Source of the DNA: Alphaproteobacteria bacterium
GTDB lineage: Bacteria > Pseudomonadota > Alphaproteobacteria > Rs-D84 > SZUA-605
Direction of reading: 5' to 3'
NCBI GenBank assembly: GCA_031549385.1
Contig: JAVBPW010000004.1
Span: forward strand, 1 to 64,000
DNA: 64,000 nucleotides
Positions 29,410 to 38,633 of this stretch are shown in pieces; within the stretch, counting starts at the first letter, position 1, and the number at the start of each line of letters is the position of its first letter. The position numbers and the translations under genes are program-made. The notes under the pieces are model-generated. The model made no database searches, was not told the DNA's origin, and saw nothing but the letters and a program-made list of their open reading frames with translations.

Positions 29410-30513
29410 ATGAAAAAAATAATATGGGCAATAGGAATAATAATGGTGTCAGGTTTAATAGTAGCCTTCTGTATGCCGAGAAACAAAGACATAACAAAAC
29501 CAATAATTAAAATAGGCATATTACTTCCATTAACAGGCAATTCAGCATTTGCAGGTATTCCAGTTCAAAAAGCAATCAATATAGCTCTTGAAGATATCAA
29601 TTCAGAAAGAAAATTGAAATACACTTATGAAGTAATTTATTCAGACACACAAAACAATCAAAAGAAAGCATTAACAAATGCAACAGGTCTAAATTCTATC
29701 AATAAAGTTAATGCATATATAACAATGTGGTCACCAGCTGGATTAACAGTTTCTCCATATGCAGAAAAAAACAAAAAAATCCATATAGGTTGTTCATGGG
29801 GTTATGACATAGCAAAAGGTTATTATAACTTTAACCATGCAACATTTCCAGATGAACAAGCAGATGCTTTGATAAAGGAATTAAAGAAAAAAAATATAAC
29901 TAAGCTAGGAATGATTTGGTTAGCAGACAAAGCTCAACAAGAATTGGTAGAAATTATAAAAAACAAATTAACACAAAATAATATAGAAGTTTCTTTTGAT
30001 AATATGGTAATTGGTGAACCAAAAGATTTTAAAACACTAATTATGAAGATGAAACAAAAAGATGCTCAAATGTTATTAATATTGATGCTCCCACCATCAA
30101 TAAATATATTATCAAAACAGATGAAAGAAGAGGGATATGATATTCCAAAAACAAGTATAGAATACTTCACATACGTTCCAGATTTATTTGAAGGCCAATG
30201 GTATATAAGTGATGCATTAGGAACTTCAGACTTCGGTGCAGACATGAAAAAAAGAACAGGTGAAGACTTAAATTCATGTATGGCTAATTTATATGACAGT
30301 TTAAAGATATTAATAAACGCCTATGAAATAACACCCTTAAAAGAAGGTCAAATAGTCCCAGAAAACGATGCAGTATCAAAAACAATCTTAGACATGAAAA
30401 AGATAAGAAGTGTAATGGGCAAAATTACAATAGACCAAGAAGGTAATATTCATACCAAACCTACATTAAAGATAATCAAGAACGGTAAACCAGAAATAAT
30501 AAAAGGAAAATAA
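29410..30513 (+). CDS. LivJ/K-like ABC substrate-binding protein 5
   Basis: IKIGILLPLTG, DFKTLI, NLYD motifs. Confidence 0.9.
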   Translation: MKKIIWAIGIIMVSGLIVAFCMPRNKDITKPIIKIGILLPLTGNSAFAGIPVQKAINIALEDINSERKLKYTYEVIYSDTQNNQKKALTNATGLNSINKVNAYITMWSPAGLTVSPYAEKNKKIHIGCSWGYDIAKGYYNFNHATFPDEQADALIKELKKKNITKLGMIWLADKAQQELVEIIKNKLTQNNIEVSFDNMVIGEPKDFKTLIMKMKQKDAQMLLILMLPPSINILSKQMKEEGYDIPKTSIEYFTYVPDLFEGQWYISDALGTSDFGADMKKRTGEDLNSCMANLYDSLKILINAYEITPLKEGQIVPENDAVSKTILDMKKIRSVMGKITIDQEGNIHTKPTLKIIKNGKPEIIKGK

Positions 30514-30514
30514 T

Positions 30515-31639
30515 ATGAAAAAATTAATCATAGCAGTATTAATAATAGTAGCAATAGGTGCAATTTTACTTTTATCAAACAAACCTTCAAATGCTCCAAT
30601 AGGTGATAAACCAACTGTTAAAATAGCAGCATTATTTCCTATGACAGGCGATGCAGGAGTATATGGTCAAATTTCACAAAAAGTATCTAAAATGTTTTTA
30701 GACGAATTTAATAAGAACAATCCTAAAGCTAAATATAACTATGAAGTAATATTTGAAGATGTTCAATTATCATCTGCAAAAGCAGTATCAGCTTTAAAGA
30801 AAGTAGTTCATATAGATAAAGCAGATGCAATAATGTCAGTTCAATCTTCAGTAGCTTTAGTAATAAATCCAGAGGCTGAGAAGAATAAAATAATTCAATT
30901 AAGTTTTGCATCAGATCCAGCTGTAGCAAAAGGAGAATATAATTTCAGAATAGGTGCCGATATAAAACAAGTTGTAGATATGACAATCGCACGAATGAAA
31001 AAGCAAGGTATAAAAAAAGTATCAGCTGTTATTTTGGTTGGTGATGTAGCAAGTTATATAACAGGAAAAGCATTTGAAGAACAAATGAAGAAAGAAAAAG
31101 ATATTGAATTAGGCTCAGTTTCATTAGTTAATTTTACAGACAAAAATTTTGATGTAATAATAGAAAAAATCAAAAAAGAAAATTCAGACATGATTTTATT
31201 AGAAGCTCTTCCTCCAGTATCAGATTTGTTTTTAAGAAGAATGAAAATGTTAAATTTAAATATTCCAGTAACAGGAGCATGGACATTAGCCTCTTTAAGC
31301 GATAAGAGTTTAGCCGAAGGAATGTGGGCGTTTGATGATGCTGTAACAGATCCAGTTTTTGAAAAAAAATTCCAAGAAACAATAGGAGCAACAGGTGGAA
31401 CATTCTACAGTGAATATACATATGCTATATTAACAGTATTAACAAACGCATGGGAAAACACTCCATCAGAACCAGGAAAAAAGCCAACTTCAGAAGAAGT
31501 AGTAAAAACTATGATGAAAAAAACTAAAGGTTTAAAATCATCATTAGGAACACTTGATATAGACCAAGAAGGTAATGTAACTCTTCAAGGTGTAATCAAA
31601 ACTATCAAAAATGGTAATTTTATAATTGAAAAGGAATAA
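30515..31639 (+). CDS. LivJ/K-like ABC substrate-binding protein 6
   Basis: VKIAALFPMTG, FED, AKGEYNF motifs. Confidence 0.9.
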   Translation: MKKLIIAVLIIVAIGAILLLSNKPSNAPIGDKPTVKIAALFPMTGDAGVYGQISQKVSKMFLDEFNKNNPKAKYNYEVIFEDVQLSSAKAVSALKKVVHIDKADAIMSVQSSVALVINPEAEKNKIIQLSFASDPAVAKGEYNFRIGADIKQVVDMTIARMKKQGIKKVSAVILVGDVASYITGKAFEEQMKKEKDIELGSVSLVNFTDKNFDVIIEKIKKENSDMILLEALPPVSDLFLRRMKMLNLNIPVTGAWTLASLSDKSLAEGMWAFDDAVTDPVFEKKFQETIGATGGTFYSEYTYAILTVLTNAWENTPSEPGKKPTSEEVVKTMMKKTKGLKSSLGTLDIDQEGNVTLQGVIKTIKNGNFIIEKE

Positions 31640-31641
31640 AA

Positions 31642-32739
31642 ATGAAAAAAGTTATTTTAGGTATAGTATTTATATTAATAATAGCAACAAGTCTTCTTAT
31701 TTTTAATAAGAAACCAATTGTTCAATCAGACAGACCAACAGTTAAAATAGGTATATCTCTACCGCTATCAGGTGATGCCGCAGTTTATGGTGAAAGTGCA
31801 AAACAAGCAGTAAAAATATTCTTTGATAATTTTAATAAAGACAAATCATTTTATAACTATGAAATAGTCTATGAAGATGACCAATTTCAAGCTTCAAAAG
31901 CAGCAACAGGTGTAAACAAGATGATATCCATTAACAAAATAGACGCAGTTCTAACATTCATGTCACACATAGGCTCAGCAATAAGCCCAATAGCTAAAAG
32001 AAACAAAGTGCTACATATGTCAGTTGCTACAGATCCAAAGATAGCTGACGGTGAATATAATTTTACAGTTTCAACATCAGCTAAAGATGAGATGAATAGA
32101 TTAATAAAAAATTTTGAAAGAATGAAAATCCAAACAGTAGAATTTGTTACAACAAACACCTCAGGAGGAGTTATATTTTTAGAAGCCTTTAAAGAAGCAA
32201 TTAAAGGGAAGAGCATAATATTAAAAGCAACTCATTCAATTAATCCAACAGACCGTGACTTTCGTCCACTCCTACAAAAGATAAACAACTCAAAACCAGA
32301 TGTAGTAGTAGTCCAATTATTCACTCCAGCAGTATCAATCTTTGTAACCCAATATCATCAACAAGGAATGAAAATTTCTTTAACAAGCGCAGAAGGTTTT
32401 TCATTTATAGAAGATAAAAACATAATAAATGATTTTTATTATGTTGATGCTGCTCCAGCTTCACAAAATTATATAGAACAATATAAAAAAGTTGCAGGCA
32501 ATGAAACAACAAACTATTCAGAATATGTTTATACAATGTTACAAGTTTTGGTTTCAAGTTTTGAGCAATATGCAAAAGAAGTAATAGACACAAAAGAAGT
32601 AAGTAAAATAATAAATGAAAAGACAACTGGAATGTCTACAGCAATTGGAAAAATAATAACATATCCCAAAGGCGTAATAGACGCTCCTGGAGTTTTAAAG
32701 CACGTACAAGATGGAAAGGTGGTAATTGTAAATGATTGA
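31642..32739 (+). CDS. LivJ/K-like ABC substrate-binding protein 7
   Basis: VKIGISLPLSG, YEDD, DFRPLL motifs. Confidence 0.9.
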   Translation: MKKVILGIVFILIIATSLLIFNKKPIVQSDRPTVKIGISLPLSGDAAVYGESAKQAVKIFFDNFNKDKSFYNYEIVYEDDQFQASKAATGVNKMISINKIDAVLTFMSHIGSAISPIAKRNKVLHMSVATDPKIADGEYNFTVSTSAKDEMNRLIKNFERMKIQTVEFVTTNTSGGVIFLEAFKEAIKGKSIILKATHSINPTDRDFRPLLQKINNSKPDVVVVQLFTPAVSIFVTQYHQQGMKISLTSAEGFSFIEDKNIINDFYYVDAAPASQNYIEQYKKVAGNETTNYSEYVYTMLQVLVSSFEQYAKEVIDTKEVSKIINEKTTGMSTAIGKIITYPKGVIDAPGVLKHVQDGKVVIVND

Positions 32740-33451
32740 ACTAAAAAACATCAACGCAGGTTATACAAGCAAAAGATTAGTATTACATGATATCTCAACA
32801 ACTATCATGTCCAATACTATTACAGTAGTAATGGGACCAAACGGAGCAGGCAAATCAACGCTTTTAAAGGTTATGTATGGATTATTAAAGCCAAGCTCTG
32901 GCTCAATATTAATAGACAGAAAAAAAACAACTCCACGTCCACAGAATTTAGTAGAACAAGGAATATTTATGATTCCACAAGGTAACAGGGTTTTCCGTAA
33001 TATGACAGTTCTTGAAAATTTTGAACTAACAACTCACTTTTGGAAAGACAAAAGTGATTTTGATAAAAAATTAAAAGAGGTGTTAAATTTCTTTCCAGAT
33101 TTAAAGACTCGTCTAAATGAAAAAGCAAAGAATTTATCTGGTGGACAGCAACAAATGGTTGCAATAGCAAGAGTTTTACTCAACAACCCAAAATTAGTAT
33201 TACTAGACGAGCCATCAATAGGTCTATCACCAAAGCTAATTCAAGACACATTTGAAAGAATAAGAATAATAAAAGAAAAAACAGGTACAGGTTTTGTAAT
33301 AGTAGAACACAATCTAAAATCATTATTACCTCTAACAGATCATGCATATATATTGGATCAAGGAAGAGTAATATATGACGGTCCATCAGAAACAAAAACC
33401 TTAGATAAAATGATGACCAGTATCTTTAAAAACAACGATTGTAATATTTAA
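32732..33451 (+). CDS. livF: ABC ATP-binding protein LivF-like
   Basis: INAGY, GPNGAGKST, LSGGQQQMVAIAR, DEPSIGLSP. Confidence 0.93.
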   Translation: MIELKNINAGYTSKRLVLHDISTTIMSNTITVVMGPNGAGKSTLLKVMYGLLKPSSGSILIDRKKTTPRPQNLVEQGIFMIPQGNRVFRNMTVLENFELTTHFWKDKSDFDKKLKEVLNFFPDLKTRLNEKAKNLSGGQQQMVAIARVLLNNPKLVLLDEPSIGLSPKLIQDTFERIRIIKEKTGTGFVIVEHNLKSLLPLTDHAYILDQGRVIYDGPSETKTLDKMMTSIFKNNDCNI

Positions 33452-33522
33452 TATACGATTCTTGACATTCTGATAAAAAAGAGTATCTTTACATGATATT
33501 TTAAACAATCAAACTTAAATAA

Positions 33523-34071
33523 ATGAAAACAGTAATATTTACAGTACTCCTAATATTAGGAGCAGGGCATCTTTTAGCCCAAGAAGAAAACCAAGCAGCA
33601 GTGCCAATGCAACTACGCTTCAGGTCAGAGATATTTTTTGGACCTGGGGAAGGTATGCTAACAAGAGCGGGTATGGCCTATGACGGCCTATATTTATTCG
33701 GTCAAGTACTAAGTATGCCAAATTCATACAAATACGGTGGCGGTTTTTTGTACGATTGTACAATAAACAAAACATCAATCAGAGTATTGGCAGCCTACAA
33801 CGAATGGGTAGAACCTAATAATTGGTATGGTTACATAGGTTTATTTCAAGACCTTGGTCTTGACCTTCCAATAAACCTTCAACCAACTGTACTAATGAAT
33901 ACGGAATTAGACACCTCATTAGGTCTCTGGGTTCCATTTAAATTGGGGCAACACTTTACGGTGGGTTTTTGGTTTTATAAATCTATATTTAATAGACATG
34001 GCTTTTATTGGGGAGAAAATCTCTGGGAAGTTGATTTATTCATAGATTTATGGAAAAAGAAGCGGCATTAA
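33523..34071 (+). CDS. Exported aromatic/beta-strand-rich protein, possibly a small OM barrel (SD-less orphan class)
   Basis: Signal peptide ending LLA-QE; own TTGACA promoter-like sequence and terminator; AAACTTAAA at 33511-33519. Confidence 0.65.
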   Translation: MKTVIFTVLLILGAGHLLAQEENQAAVPMQLRFRSEIFFGPGEGMLTRAGMAYDGLYLFGQVLSMPNSYKYGGGFLYDCTINKTSIRVLAAYNEWVEPNNWYGYIGLFQDLGLDLPINLQPTVLMNTELDTSLGLWVPFKLGQHFTVGFWFYKSIFNRHGFYWGENLWEVDLFIDLWKKKRH

Positions 34072-34139
34072 TATGCCGTTTTTTATTTAGGAAAATGTAC
34101 CTACAGCTTTTATTCCTAATTTCTGTTATAAAATAAAGC

Positions 34140-35309
34140 ATGAAGAAATTTTTTATGTTTTTAACAATAATAATACCAAATAAAAGGTTAAGACGAAAAG
34201 TTCGTACTTATATAAAAAGATTTTACTTTAAAGGTATTTTTAAATTTTCACCTAATAAAGAATTAATAAATTTTAATGAAAGAGTTGTTCGTACAAATTC
34301 AGTATTAATGATAGAAATAAATAGTTTTCATGGAGAAGTTCTTCCAGGCTTTGCAAAGTATTTATTAGATTTAGGATATAATGTAGATTTATTAATAACA
34401 GAAGAAGTATATAACGAACAGCCTTTTAAACTATTTAAAGATGAAAGAATAAATATTTTCAAATTAGGTTTTCCAGACATAGAAAAAATTCAAAAAGAAA
34501 AGTTCAATGAATATGAATTTATCTTCATGAGTTCATCATCAAAGTTCTCAAGGCCATCTCCAGTGTATGGAGCATACAGTTCTATGAAACGTTTTTTACA
34601 AGACACTCCACAAGGAAAAAATCCAACTATATTTGTATATCATGATATAGAAGAAGTAAATAAAAATTCTCATAAAAATAATGAGTTAAAAGTAATAACT
34701 CTAGGAAATATTAAAGGCGGAAAAATGGTCAACCCGCATTATTTTGGAGACGTAAAAATCACTGATAAAAATGACAAAACTGTATTTTTGACAGCTGGCT
34801 ATATCAACCCAAAAGCAAAAAATCACGATTTATTACTTAAAGCAATAAAAGATCTTTCAGATAAAAATTTAAACTTTGAGGTAGTAGTAATAGGGGGAGG
34901 AGATTTAAAGAATATTCCTGAAGAAGCAAAAAATTATATCAAATTTAAAGGTCGTCTAAATTTTCCAGACATGTATAAAGAACTTGAGTCTGCAGATTTC
35001 TTTTTACCATTACTAGATCCAAACAATGAAGCTCACGAAAGATATATAACAACAGGAGTAACAGGATCATCTCAATTAATATATGGATTTTTAAAGCCAA
35101 CAATAATACATGGAAAATTTTCTAACTTTTATGGGTATAATGATAAAAATTCTATTATATATTATGATGATTTTTCAAATAAGATGTCAGAAGCTATACA
35201 AATCAAACAATCAGAATATAAAGAAAAACAGGATAATTTAAAAAAATTATCCAACAAGATATATGAAGAATCTTTAAATAATTTAAGAGATTTAATTAAT
35301 ATAAATTAA
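34140..35309 (+). CDS. Putative GT-B fold glycosyltransferase
   Basis: HDLLLKAIKDL...FEVVVIGGG...FKGRL...LESADFF pattern of the GT-B C-terminal domain. Confidence 0.65.
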   Translation: MKKFFMFLTIIIPNKRLRRKVRTYIKRFYFKGIFKFSPNKELINFNERVVRTNSVLMIEINSFHGEVLPGFAKYLLDLGYNVDLLITEEVYNEQPFKLFKDERINIFKLGFPDIEKIQKEKFNEYEFIFMSSSSKFSRPSPVYGAYSSMKRFLQDTPQGKNPTIFVYHDIEEVNKNSHKNNELKVITLGNIKGGKMVNPHYFGDVKITDKNDKTVFLTAGYINPKAKNHDLLLKAIKDLSDKNLNFEVVVIGGGDLKNIPEEAKNYIKFKGRLNFPDMYKELESADFFLPLLDPNNEAHERYITTGVTGSSQLIYGFLKPTIIHGKFSNFYGYNDKNSIIYYDDFSNKMSEAIQIKQSEYKEKQDNLKKLSNKIYEESLNNLRDLININ

Positions 35310-35408
35310 AAAATCTATATAAAACAAAGTGTTACTATTAAAACTTTTTCTTGCCATACTTAAACAAAAGCGCTAGTATACTAAGTATCACTAAAGGAGA
35401 TATCATTT

Positions 35409-36398
35409 ATGGCACAGCAAACACTTCCAATAAGGAAGAAAAGAAATCCAACTAATTTAATTATGTCAGGTTTAGGCTTACTATTTTTTGCAATAGCAGC
35501 TTATATGATTTACAAACAATTATCCCAATATACATTTGTAGAAATAAGAGACGCTATTCTAAATGTGCCAGCAAAGAATTTAATGTTTGCAGGGCTTGCA
35601 GCTTTTTTAAGCTATATGGTGCTTTCATTATATGATTTTTTAGCCCTAAAATACATAGGCAAACGATCATTTATTTTCAGATGGATGATGGCTGGTTTTG
35701 CTGGATTTGCAGTAAGTAATAACGCAGGGCATGCAATAGTATCAGGAACAGCTATAAGATATCATTTATACAGACGTTGGGGTTTTACAATTCCAGACAT
35801 TATAAAAATGGTAACATTTTCAACCTTTACATATACAATAGGCTGTTTTGCTCTTTTAATAGTAGGTTTTGTTTTAACACCAGAAGGAACAATAGGAAAT
35901 GTATCAAGACTTTTGACAGTATCATTAGTTATCTTTTCAATAGTAAGTTTAACAGTGTATTTAACATCAGCAATTTTTGTAAAAAAGAAATTAACAATAG
36001 GAACATTTACATTAGAAATTCCATCTTTTAAACAAGCAATTTCACAAATAGTAATAGGTTCTTCAGATGTTATCTTAGCTTCATTAGTTTTATATTCAGT
36101 GCTTGCTCCAACAATTGATCTTCCATTTGGAACGTTTTTAGGAGTATTCTTAATTGCGCAAGTTCTTGGAACATTCAGTCAAGTGCCAGGCGGCGTAGGA
36201 GTATTTGAAAGTATTTTCTTTTATGTATTGGCAGATACTGATGAAAAAGAAATTCCGTTGATTGCAGGGCTTGTAGTCTACAGATTATTCTATTATGTAT
36301 TACCATTATTAGTTGCAGCAGTTATGGTAGGAATTTACGAATTTCGTTTCAATCAAGGTAAAAGAAGATTGTTTAAAAAATGGGGACGTAAAAGATAA
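35409..36398 (+). CDS. Lysylphosphatidylglycerol synthase TM / MprF flippase-like membrane protein
   Basis: YDFLAL, GHAIVSGTAIRYHLY, SQVPGGVGVFE, VYRLFYYVLP; no C-terminal aminoacyl-transferase domain. Confidence 0.85.
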   Translation: MAQQTLPIRKKRNPTNLIMSGLGLLFFAIAAYMIYKQLSQYTFVEIRDAILNVPAKNLMFAGLAAFLSYMVLSLYDFLALKYIGKRSFIFRWMMAGFAGFAVSNNAGHAIVSGTAIRYHLYRRWGFTIPDIIKMVTFSTFTYTIGCFALLIVGFVLTPEGTIGNVSRLLTVSLVIFSIVSLTVYLTSAIFVKKKLTIGTFTLEIPSFKQAISQIVIGSSDVILASLVLYSVLAPTIDLPFGTFLGVFLIAQVLGTFSQVPGGVGVFESIFFYVLADTDEKEIPLIAGLVVYRLFYYVLPLLVAAVMVGIYEFRFNQGKRRLFKKWGRKR

Positions 36399-36399
36399 T

Positions 36400-37956
36400 T
36401 TAAATTAGACTTTCTGGTACTAATCTCATAAATTTGAATAAAAATCTTTTTAAGAGTGTAGTATCAGGGCTATGTCTAACTTTAATAATTTTCTTACTAT
36501 AATAAGGTTTTCCAGTCCAAGTAGTTATAAGTTTTTCGATAGTAACTCTCCAAGAATTTTTAATATCGTTTTTAATTAAATTTTTTAAAATAGCAGCAAA
36601 CTCTTTATTTTCAAAAACTGCAACAATTTCAGTATTATAAAGAGCAGAGCGGTGGTCTAAATTAAAACTTCCAATCCAAGACAATTTATCATCAAAAACT
36701 ATAGTTTTACTATGAAGGGAGGTAAAAAATTTAAACTTATCTTTTTTTACTTCATTTCCATTATTCATAAACTCATAAACTTTAACTTTATTTTTAATAA
36801 GTTTTCTTCTGTATCTCTCCCAAGCAGCATAAACAGAAGCTTGATTAGTAGAAGCTAAAGAATTAGTAACAACAGTAATCTCAACCCCTTTCTTTTCTTC
36901 ATCAATAAGGCTGCTTTGTCCGATTTTTCCAGGCACAAAATAAGCAGCAGAAATATAAATATCGCTAACTGTTTTTTTCCAAAGATATCGAAGCTCTTTT
37001 AAAATAGGTGATGGGTCATTAATTTTTTGTTCAGTAGTCTTTTCAATTTTTGAAGGCATATCGGCAATAATTCTCCCATTTCCCCAATAAAATTTAAATT
37101 TATTATTTTTATAATCATTAATAGTTTTTTCAACTAAGTCATCATATATCTTAGCGTCATCAGCTCTTTTTTTCATCTCATAATCAAAATTTCTTTTTGA
37201 TCTTTCATTTTGTCTTTCTCTAAAAAAAACTGGAAATAATTCAGCAGGGATAGCTAAATGATAATTCCAATAATCTTCAAAAGAAGCAAGAGCTTCAACA
37301 GCAATTTTTCCTAAAAATAAAACGTCGGTATCAGAAAAGTTAACAGATTTTTCAAGATAAAAATAATTATCAGCAATATTACGTCCACCAAGGATAACTG
37401 CAATTCCATCAACTATAAAAAGTTTATTATGCATACGGCAATTAAGACGTTTAAAATCAAAAAGAAATTGAAAATATCTAATAAATTTTTTTCTATATTT
37501 AAAAGTGTTAAAAATTTTAACTTGAATATTAGGATGTAAGTCCAGCATCATAATATCAGAAGTATCAGAATCAACGCCATTATCATCAACTAAAATTCTG
37601 ACTTTAACACCTCTATCTGCTGCCATTCTAAGTTCATTAATAAGTAATCGAGAAGAATTATCATCTTTAAATATATAGGTTTGAAGGTCAATACTTTTTT
37701 CAGCCAATCGAGCAAAAGCGCTTCTTAATATAAAAGCATCAAGTCCATTTTCGATAACTGCAGCTCCACTAGTTTTACAATTTTTTAATTTATCTTTATA
37801 ATTTTTGGCAAGATTAGTAACCATACAATCAAAGCTGGGACATTTCTCAATATATTTAACTTTATATTGTAATGCTCTTTTATCATTAGTTGAAGTAGGA
37901 ACAATCCAAACAGTTAAAGCAAGAATAAGAAGTAAAATAGCAATGTAAAGACCCAT
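36400..37956 (-). CDS. Phospholipase D family cardiolipin synthase (ClsC-like)
   Basis: Two HxK(x4)D motifs (MHNKLFIVD, LHSKTIVFD), AADRGVKVRILVDD, GSFNLD. Confidence 0.88.
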   Translation of the reverse strand: MGLYIAILLLILALTVWIVPTSTNDKRALQYKVKYIEKCPSFDCMVTNLAKNYKDKLKNCKTSGAAVIENGLDAFILRSAFARLAEKSIDLQTYIFKDDNSSRLLINELRMAADRGVKVRILVDDNGVDSDTSDIMMLDLHPNIQVKIFNTFKYRKKFIRYFQFLFDFKRLNCRMHNKLFIVDGIAVILGGRNIADNYFYLEKSVNFSDTDVLFLGKIAVEALASFEDYWNYHLAIPAELFPVFFRERQNERSKRNFDYEMKKRADDAKIYDDLVEKTINDYKNNKFKFYWGNGRIIADMPSKIEKTTEQKINDPSPILKELRYLWKKTVSDIYISAAYFVPGKIGQSSLIDEEKKGVEITVVTNSLASTNQASVYAAWERYRRKLIKNKVKVYEFMNNGNEVKKDKFKFFTSLHSKTIVFDDKLSWIGSFNLDHRSALYNTEIVAVFENKEFAAILKNLIKNDIKNSWRVTIEKLITTWTGKPYYSKKIIKVRHSPDTTLLKRFLFKFMRLVPESLI

Positions 37957-38024
37957 AATGTTCCTTCATTAGGTGATAAATTAATAATATATTATTTTTC
38001 GTTAAAAATCAAACGATTTTAGAA

Positions 38025-38633
38025 TTATGAAATTTTCTTACTAATAAATTTATTATCTTTTATAACAAATCGCCAAGGCATATCTTTATATTCTTCAGCA
38101 TAATCGATACCAATTCTTTTCCCAGAAAGCACTTCATAGTCATTATCTTTTGGGCAAATCCATATTTCATTACTATTGATTAAATCAGCTCCATGAAGTT
38201 TTCCATCAATTCCAAAAGCCTGACAAAGTTTTCCAGGTCCAGTGGTTAGATTTTTAATATTTTTCAAACCTCGTCTTTGCATCATAATATCAATTCCATC
38301 AACAGGTTCAACAGAACGAACAAGTATAGCATTAGCTACATCTTTTTCATTTGTTACAATATTAAACATATTATACATTCCGTAAACAAAATAAACATAA
38401 GAAACTCCACCTTCCTCAAACATAATTGAATTGCGAGGAGTTTTATTTTTATATGCGTGACAAGCTTTATCTTCACAACCTATATAAACTTCCACTTCAG
38501 TGATTTTTCCAACACACAACTTATTATCAACATTAGTACATAAATAAGCTCCCAATAAAATATCAGTAGCAACCTTAAAAGGATCAAGCATATAATCTTT
38601 TTTCAAAAGTTTTTTATTACAATAATTCGCCAT
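38025..38633 (-). CDS. mpg: 3-methyladenine DNA glycosylase (MPG family)
   Basis: ITEVEVY, YVYFVYGMY, TTGPGKLCQAFGI, RIGI, PWRF. Confidence 0.93.
   Translation of the reverse strand: MANYCNKKLLKKDYMLDPFKVATDILLGAYLCTNVDNKLCVGKITEVEVYIGCEDKACHAYKNKTPRNSIMFEEGGVSYVYFVYGMYNMFNIVTNEKDVANAILVRSVEPVDGIDIMMQRRGLKNIKNLTTGPGKLCQAFGIDGKLHGADLINSNEIWICPKDNDYEVLSGKRIGIDYAEEYKDMPWRFVIKDNKFISKKIS

Noticed and set aside
23384-32739. Diversity-generating retroelement or invertase shuffling of the SBP array
   Set aside because: No reverse transcriptase or recombinase, no near-identical template/variable repeats or inverted repeats; divergence is spread across whole genes.
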